A stretch of DNA of 61,849 nucleotides. Origin: a virus (Duplodnaviria > Caudoviricetes). Positions 57,517-61,849 of this stretch are shown here, piece by piece. Numbering within the stretch: the stretch's first letter is position 1; every line of letters begins with the position of its first letter. The notes below the pieces were generated by a model, which was given only the letters and a program-made list of their open reading frames with translations, made no database searches and was not told where the DNA came from. Made by a program: the position numbers and the translations under genes. The DNA is taken from positions 1-61,849 of IMG/VR virus record IMGVR_UViG_3300033141_002871. The stretch is one strand, 5' to 3'.

Positions 57517-60500
57517 ATGCCGGAAAGAACGGACCTAGTACTCGGACTGAAGGGCGATCCATCGTCCGCGGTTGCGACGCTGGAGAAGATCGTCAAGGCT
57601 CTGGACCGGCTCGACAAGAAGCTGGACCGGGTCGGAACAGAGGCGGAGAATACCGCGAAGCGGTTTGAGACTGGGTTCGCGAGGGCCGCGCAGCGGATGT
57701 CCTCCAGCATCGGCAGGATGGTCAAGTACCTGGTGGCCGGTGCGGGAGTCGGGCTTGTCGGCTCGTTCTACAAGGCGATTGGAGCTGCCCGGGAGTTCGA
57801 GACGGCCCTGGGCGAGGTCTCCACGCTTCTCGGCGGCAAGGCCGTGCAGCAGATGGCGAAGTACCGGAAGGAGATCATCGAGCTGTCGAAGCGGTCGTCT
57901 TCCGGAGCCAACGAGCTGACGAGAGCCCTGTACCAGGTAATCTCCGCCGGGACGAAGGGAAGCCAGACCGTCGCCGGTGCGATGAAGCTATTGGAGACGG
58001 CACAGCACGCGGCGGTCGCCGGGGTGTCCGACACGTTCACCGCGGTCGACGTGCTCACGACCGCCCTGAACGCCTACGGGAAGTCGACCGAGGACGCCGA
58101 GAGGTTCTCCGACTCGCTGTTCGTGGCTGTTCGAGAGGGCAAGTTGACCTTCGGAGAGTTGGCCTCGCAGCTCGGCATGGTCGCCAGCATCGCGGCGAAC
58201 GCCGGAGTGTCCTTCGAGGAGGTGAACGCGGCGGTCGCGGCAATGACGAAGGCCGGCTTGTCGACCGACATCGCGGTGACTGCCCTCCGGGGAACCCTCG
58301 TTTCTCTGATGAAGCCGAGCAAGGACTTGAAGGCTGTCCTGGGCGATCCGGCAAAGACGCTGCGGGAGCGCGGGCTACTCGGCGCGATGGAGCTGATCGG
58401 CAAGGCTGCGGCCGGCGATTCCGCGAAGATGAGCAAGCTGATTCCCGACGTCCGCGCGTTGACCGGCGCGTCCATCCTCGCCGGGACCGGCCTGCAGAAC
58501 TTCCGCGACATCATGGAGAAGATGGGCGAGTCGACCGGGGCGATGGACACCGCCTACAGGAAGATGTCCGACACCTTCGAGGAGCAGACCCGGAGGTTCT
58601 GGAACACGGTCAACGCCGCCTTCATCGAGATCGGCAGCCGGCTCATGCCTGTCCTGATGGAGTACATGGAGAAGTTCTCCGCCTGGTTTGCGGAGAACGG
58701 GGACGAGGTGATCGACTGGATCACGAAGGCCGTCGAGACGATGGTCGAGTTCGGCAAGTGGGTCCTGGCGAACGGCAAGACCATCGTCACGATCCTCGCC
58801 TCAATGTGGGCGGTCGGGAAGATCACTGCGTTCGTCGGGGTTCTCAGGACGGCGGTCGGTCTCTACAAGGACCTGGCGAAGATTCCGATGACCGGGGCTC
58901 TCGGTCTGATGACTCGGCTCGCGGCCGCCGCAGCTCCTGCCGCTCTGATGTTCGGGGCGTGGAGCAAGACAGCCAGCGCGATCCAAGAGGCGAAGGCTGC
59001 CGGAAAGGCGGAGGCCGCGAAGCTCGCTGCCGGGTACGCGCCAGCGGTCCGGATCGCAGCCCCGGCCCTGGCCGGGATGTCTCCGGAGCAGCTCGCGGGA
59101 CTGCGAGGGGGAACCGCGCCCTACGAGTACTTGTTCGGCCAGGTGAAGGGGCAGTACCGGAGGCTGACCGGGTACGGCGCGACATACGGCATGGAGCAGA
59201 AGCTCCGGAAGGAGCTGGACCGGCTAATCGCGGACATGACGGAGCAGGCGGCGCAGCGAGGTGCCGAGGCCGTGGAGCAGGCCGTGGAGAAGGGAGCGGA
59301 GGCCGGAGCGCCGGAGGCCGCCAAGGTGTTGTCGAAGGAGGAGAAGAAGCGGAGGAAGGAGCTGCTGGCCGCTCGGAAGTCGTGGGCGCAGCTCCTGTCG
59401 TCCCTGGAGATGAGCCTGTCGACCCGGAGGCAGCGGCTGGAGCTGCGGTTCGCCGAAGAGTTGAAGAGGGTCCGGACGCTGGCGGCGAAGGCCGGGAAGG
59501 ACGCGGCGGTCGCGGAGGGGATGCTGAGGGAGAAGTTCGAGCGGGATCTGCAGAAGCTCCGGGAGGCCGACAGGAAGAGGCAGCTTGAGCACTGGCAGAA
59601 GGTGATCGACAGGTTCCAGAGGCAGCAGAAGATCTGGAGGGAGATCGAGGCGTCCGCGGCCGCGGGGATATCCGGCTGGTACGGGAAGATCGGCGGCGCG
59701 GAGCTGGAGACGGAGCAGGAGCGCAGGTTCTACAGGCTGGCTGCCGGGAGGAAGAAGGAGGGGGGAGGCTTCTGGTCGGACGTCTGGAGGGGCGCGAAGG
59801 AGCGGGGCGGCGCGATGATCACCGACGCCGCGATGGCGGCCGCCGGCGGCATCATGCGACCGTTCGGCCAGATCTGGGATCTTCTCGGATCCGCGATGGG
59901 CGGCGAGGGAGTGAGCGGTACCCGGCAGATGGTCGGAGGGATTGTCCAGGGTTGGGAGAACCTCGCGAGGAACCTGGGGCCGGTGCTCGACTACCTGGCG
60001 GAGGAGGGAATCCCGAAGCTGCTCTCCGCCTTCGTCGACGCCTTGCCGGAAGTGATCGACGCCATTGTGTCCCATGTCGACGATATCGTAGTCGCGGTGG
60101 TCGACAGGGTTCCTGACATCATAGACGCGGTGATCGAACAGATCCCGAACATCATACAGGAGATCATCAGGTCGATACCGATCATCGCGTGGGAGCTAGC
60201 GAAGGCGGTGGCCGAGGCGATAGGGAACATCGTCACGCTCGGCGGCGGGCTCGGGTACACGAAGAAGTGGGGAGGCAAGGTCCCGGTGCTCGGGCACGCC
60301 GCTGGCTTCGTCGCGGATATTGGAAAGGGGGCCTGGGGCTTTCTGAAGGGTCTCTTCTCGAAGCACGGGGGCGGGGTTGTCGGAGAGTTCGGGAGGACCG
60401 GGCTCGGCGGTATTCTACCGGGAGTCAGGGCGTACCATAGCGGCGGGATAGTCGGCGTGCTGGAGGGGTTCGTGTCCGCGTCCGACGCCTTCGTCGGCGC

Positions 60501-60819
60501 GGTGCGGGCGCACAGCGGAATGTTCGTCCGGCCCCGACTCGCGGCCGACGAGGTCCCGGTCATCGCGCAGGCCGGCGAGGGGATCATCCGGAGGAGCGTC
60601 GTCGAGGCGCTGGGCGGTGCGCCGGCGATTGAGGCGTTGAACCGTGGAGTAGTTCCGGGCGGGGACGTCCACTACCATGTTCATGCAGGAACGTTGTTTG
60701 CCAGGGACGCCGCGGAGATCGTCGATGAGCTTCAGGCAGAGAACTTTAGGCGTGGCAAGGGTAGATTGAGGGACTCAGTCATCACCGGTGTGCCGGGGTT
60801 CGAATCGAGGCGGAAGTAG
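57517..60819 (+). CDS. Tape measure protein (TP901 family core)
   Basis: ALYQVISAG, LTTALNAYG, GKLTFGELA, GVSFEE; C-terminal HGGG/HSGG and DEVPVIAQAGE. Confidence 0.92.
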   Translation: MPERTDLVLGLKGDPSSAVATLEKIVKALDRLDKKLDRVGTEAENTAKRFETGFARAAQRMSSSIGRMVKYLVAGAGVGLVGSFYKAIGAAREFETALGEVSTLLGGKAVQQMAKYRKEIIELSKRSSSGANELTRALYQVISAGTKGSQTVAGAMKLLETAQHAAVAGVSDTFTAVDVLTTALNAYGKSTEDAERFSDSLFVAVREGKLTFGELASQLGMVASIAANAGVSFEEVNAAVAAMTKAGLSTDIAVTALRGTLVSLMKPSKDLKAVLGDPAKTLRERGLLGAMELIGKAAAGDSAKMSKLIPDVRALTGASILAGTGLQNFRDIMEKMGESTGAMDTAYRKMSDTFEEQTRRFWNTVNAAFIEIGSRLMPVLMEYMEKFSAWFAENGDEVIDWITKAVETMVEFGKWVLANGKTIVTILASMWAVGKITAFVGVLRTAVGLYKDLAKIPMTGALGLMTRLAAAAAPAALMFGAWSKTASAIQEAKAAGKAEAAKLAAGYAPAVRIAAPALAGMSPEQLAGLRGGTAPYEYLFGQVKGQYRRLTGYGATYGMEQKLRKELDRLIADMTEQAAQRGAEAVEQAVEKGAEAGAPEAAKVLSKEEKKRRKELLAARKSWAQLLSSLEMSLSTRRQRLELRFAEELKRVRTLAAKAGKDAAVAEGMLREKFERDLQKLREADRKRQLEHWQKVIDRFQRQQKIWREIEASAAAGISGWYGKIGGAELETEQERRFYRLAAGRKKEGGGFWSDVWRGAKERGGAMITDAAMAAAGGIMRPFGQIWDLLGSAMGGEGVSGTRQMVGGIVQGWENLARNLGPVLDYLAEEGIPKLLSAFVDALPEVIDAIVSHVDDIVVAVVDRVPDIIDAVIEQIPNIIQEIIRSIPIIAWELAKAVAEAIGNIVTLGGGLGYTKKWGGKVPVLGHAAGFVADIGKGAWGFLKGLFSKHGGGVVGEFGRTGLGGILPGVRAYHSGGIVGVLEGFVSASDAFVGAVRAHSGMFVRPRLAADEVPVIAQAGEGIIRRSVVEALGGAPAIEALNRGVVPGGDVHYHVHAGTLFARDAAEIVDELQAENFRRGKGRLRDSVITGVPGFESRRK

Positions 60820-60821
60820 CA

Positions 60822-61309
60822 TGATAGGACAGAGACTACCAGACCATCGCAGCATTGCGCGAGTGCTTGCGGACCTTCCCGAGATTGCGGATTGGGTTGA
60901 GAAGAGGGGAAGGAACTCCAAGGGTGTGAACTGCTGGGGCGACATGCTGTTCGAGGCACAGAAGCTGTTTCCTTCTCGTCGGATAGCGGCGGCGATCCGG
61001 AGGCTGGAGCTTTGCGGTTGGGGCCGACTAGTCGTTCTGACCTGGTGTCCCTGGGATGAGGAACTGGACGTTCTGTGGACGGAAACCCGGAGCATCTTGC
61101 TGGACCGGGGAGGTATCCTGAGTTGGCGGCTGATAAGGCGGAGATTGCTGTACGGCGCGTTCGGGGAGGTCCGGCAGAGGTGGACAATCGTCCGAGAGGA
61201 ATGGATACGCAGGGTCGGTTTGACCGGGGAGGAAGATCCTAGGTTCTTGAGGCACGTCATTGACTGGCTTGAAGCCGGCGGAAAGGCAGCCTCCGGGCTT
61301 GGAGGGTGA
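60822..61309 (+). CDS. Hypothetical protein
   Basis: ATG two bases after the tape-measure stop. Confidence 0.5.
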
Positions 61310-61311
61310 AG

Positions 61312-61849
61312 ATGCGGCAGCTACTCGTTGGAGCTTTGCAGGACGAGAAGAACCTGGAGTGGATCAAGAGACCCTACGGCGAGGGGTGGACTCTGGACGT
61401 TCCGGAGCCGAACTCTTCCAACATCGGCAAGACGGGATTCTTCGGTTTCGGGTGTCGACCGTTATCGGACCAGAAGCTGACAGTTACTGTCGAACGGAGT
61501 GGGGATTACGTCGATTACTGGGAGCGCGGCGGCTTACGTGGAGGTGCACGCTTTATTTTCGAGCCTGAGTACCTGAAGGACTCTGACGGAAACGACGCAG
61601 TTGATGAAGTGAATCGGTTAGGCGGAGAGCGCGGAGACATTGCGTGGGTCGCCGCTAGTCTGGTGAACATCGGGCTCGGAATGCCGGCCAACAGCGGATA
61701 TCAGATTGGATCTATAAAAGCGAAGAAACTCACCAAGTGGGATTACCAGTCGGATCAAGTCGGGTATCAGGCGATAGCTGTGGCGGCGTCCAGGAAGATC
61801 AGTGACAACTCTTTGAAGTTCCACGTGTGGAGGATGAGTAGCGGCGTCA
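61312..61849 (+). CDS. Probable tail protein, 3'-truncated by the window
   Basis: GGAGG RBS; MRQLLVGALQDEKNLEW... open to the window end. Confidence 0.6.
   Translation, partial: MRQLLVGALQDEKNLEWIKRPYGEGWTLDVPEPNSSNIGKTGFFGFGCRPLSDQKLTVTVERSGDYVDYWERGGLRGGARFIFEPEYLKDSDGNDAVDEVNRLGGERGDIAWVAASLVNIGLGMPANSGYQIGSIKAKKLTKWDYQSDQVGYQAIAVAASRKISDNSLKFHVWRMSSGV

Overview
A 62-kb stretch of a large, GC- and purine-rich tailed dsDNA bacteriophage genome. Every credible gene is on the + strand, most with GGAGG-type RBSs and overlapping stop/start codons. Order: (1) replication/recombination (intein-containing PolB truncated by the window start, UvsY-like protein, SSB-like protein, RecA, Mre11/Rad50, RuvC); (2) transcription/accessory genes (NusG paralogue, tandem-HTH/NlpC-P60 ORF, GroES, TerS, MT-A70 MTase, MazG-like and ~25 small ORFs); (3) ParB-PAPS-reductase fusion and TerL; (4) a T4-like head module (gp20 portal, MuF, gp21 protease-scaffold, gp23 capsid) carrying rfbB; (5) a block of signal-peptide-bearing proteins; (6) a ~10-kb glycosyl/sulfo/acetyl/methyl-transferase cluster between the head-tail adaptor and head-closure genes; (7) a siphovirus-type tail module with a -1 frameshift chaperone and tape measure. 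Most notable: the glycan-tailoring cluster, where a short N-x-[ST]-x-K-x-Q-[ILV]-[VI]...P motif is shared by four morphogenesis-region proteins (candidate virion glycosylation/sulfation system with a docking tag); a PolB with a beta-clamp motif and a DnaE-like C-terminal domain plus an SSB-tail mimic; an 8-copy 19-bp palindromic site; and a Mre11 whose C-terminal half appears moved onto Rad50. All assignments are from motifs recognised by eye; no database searches were run.
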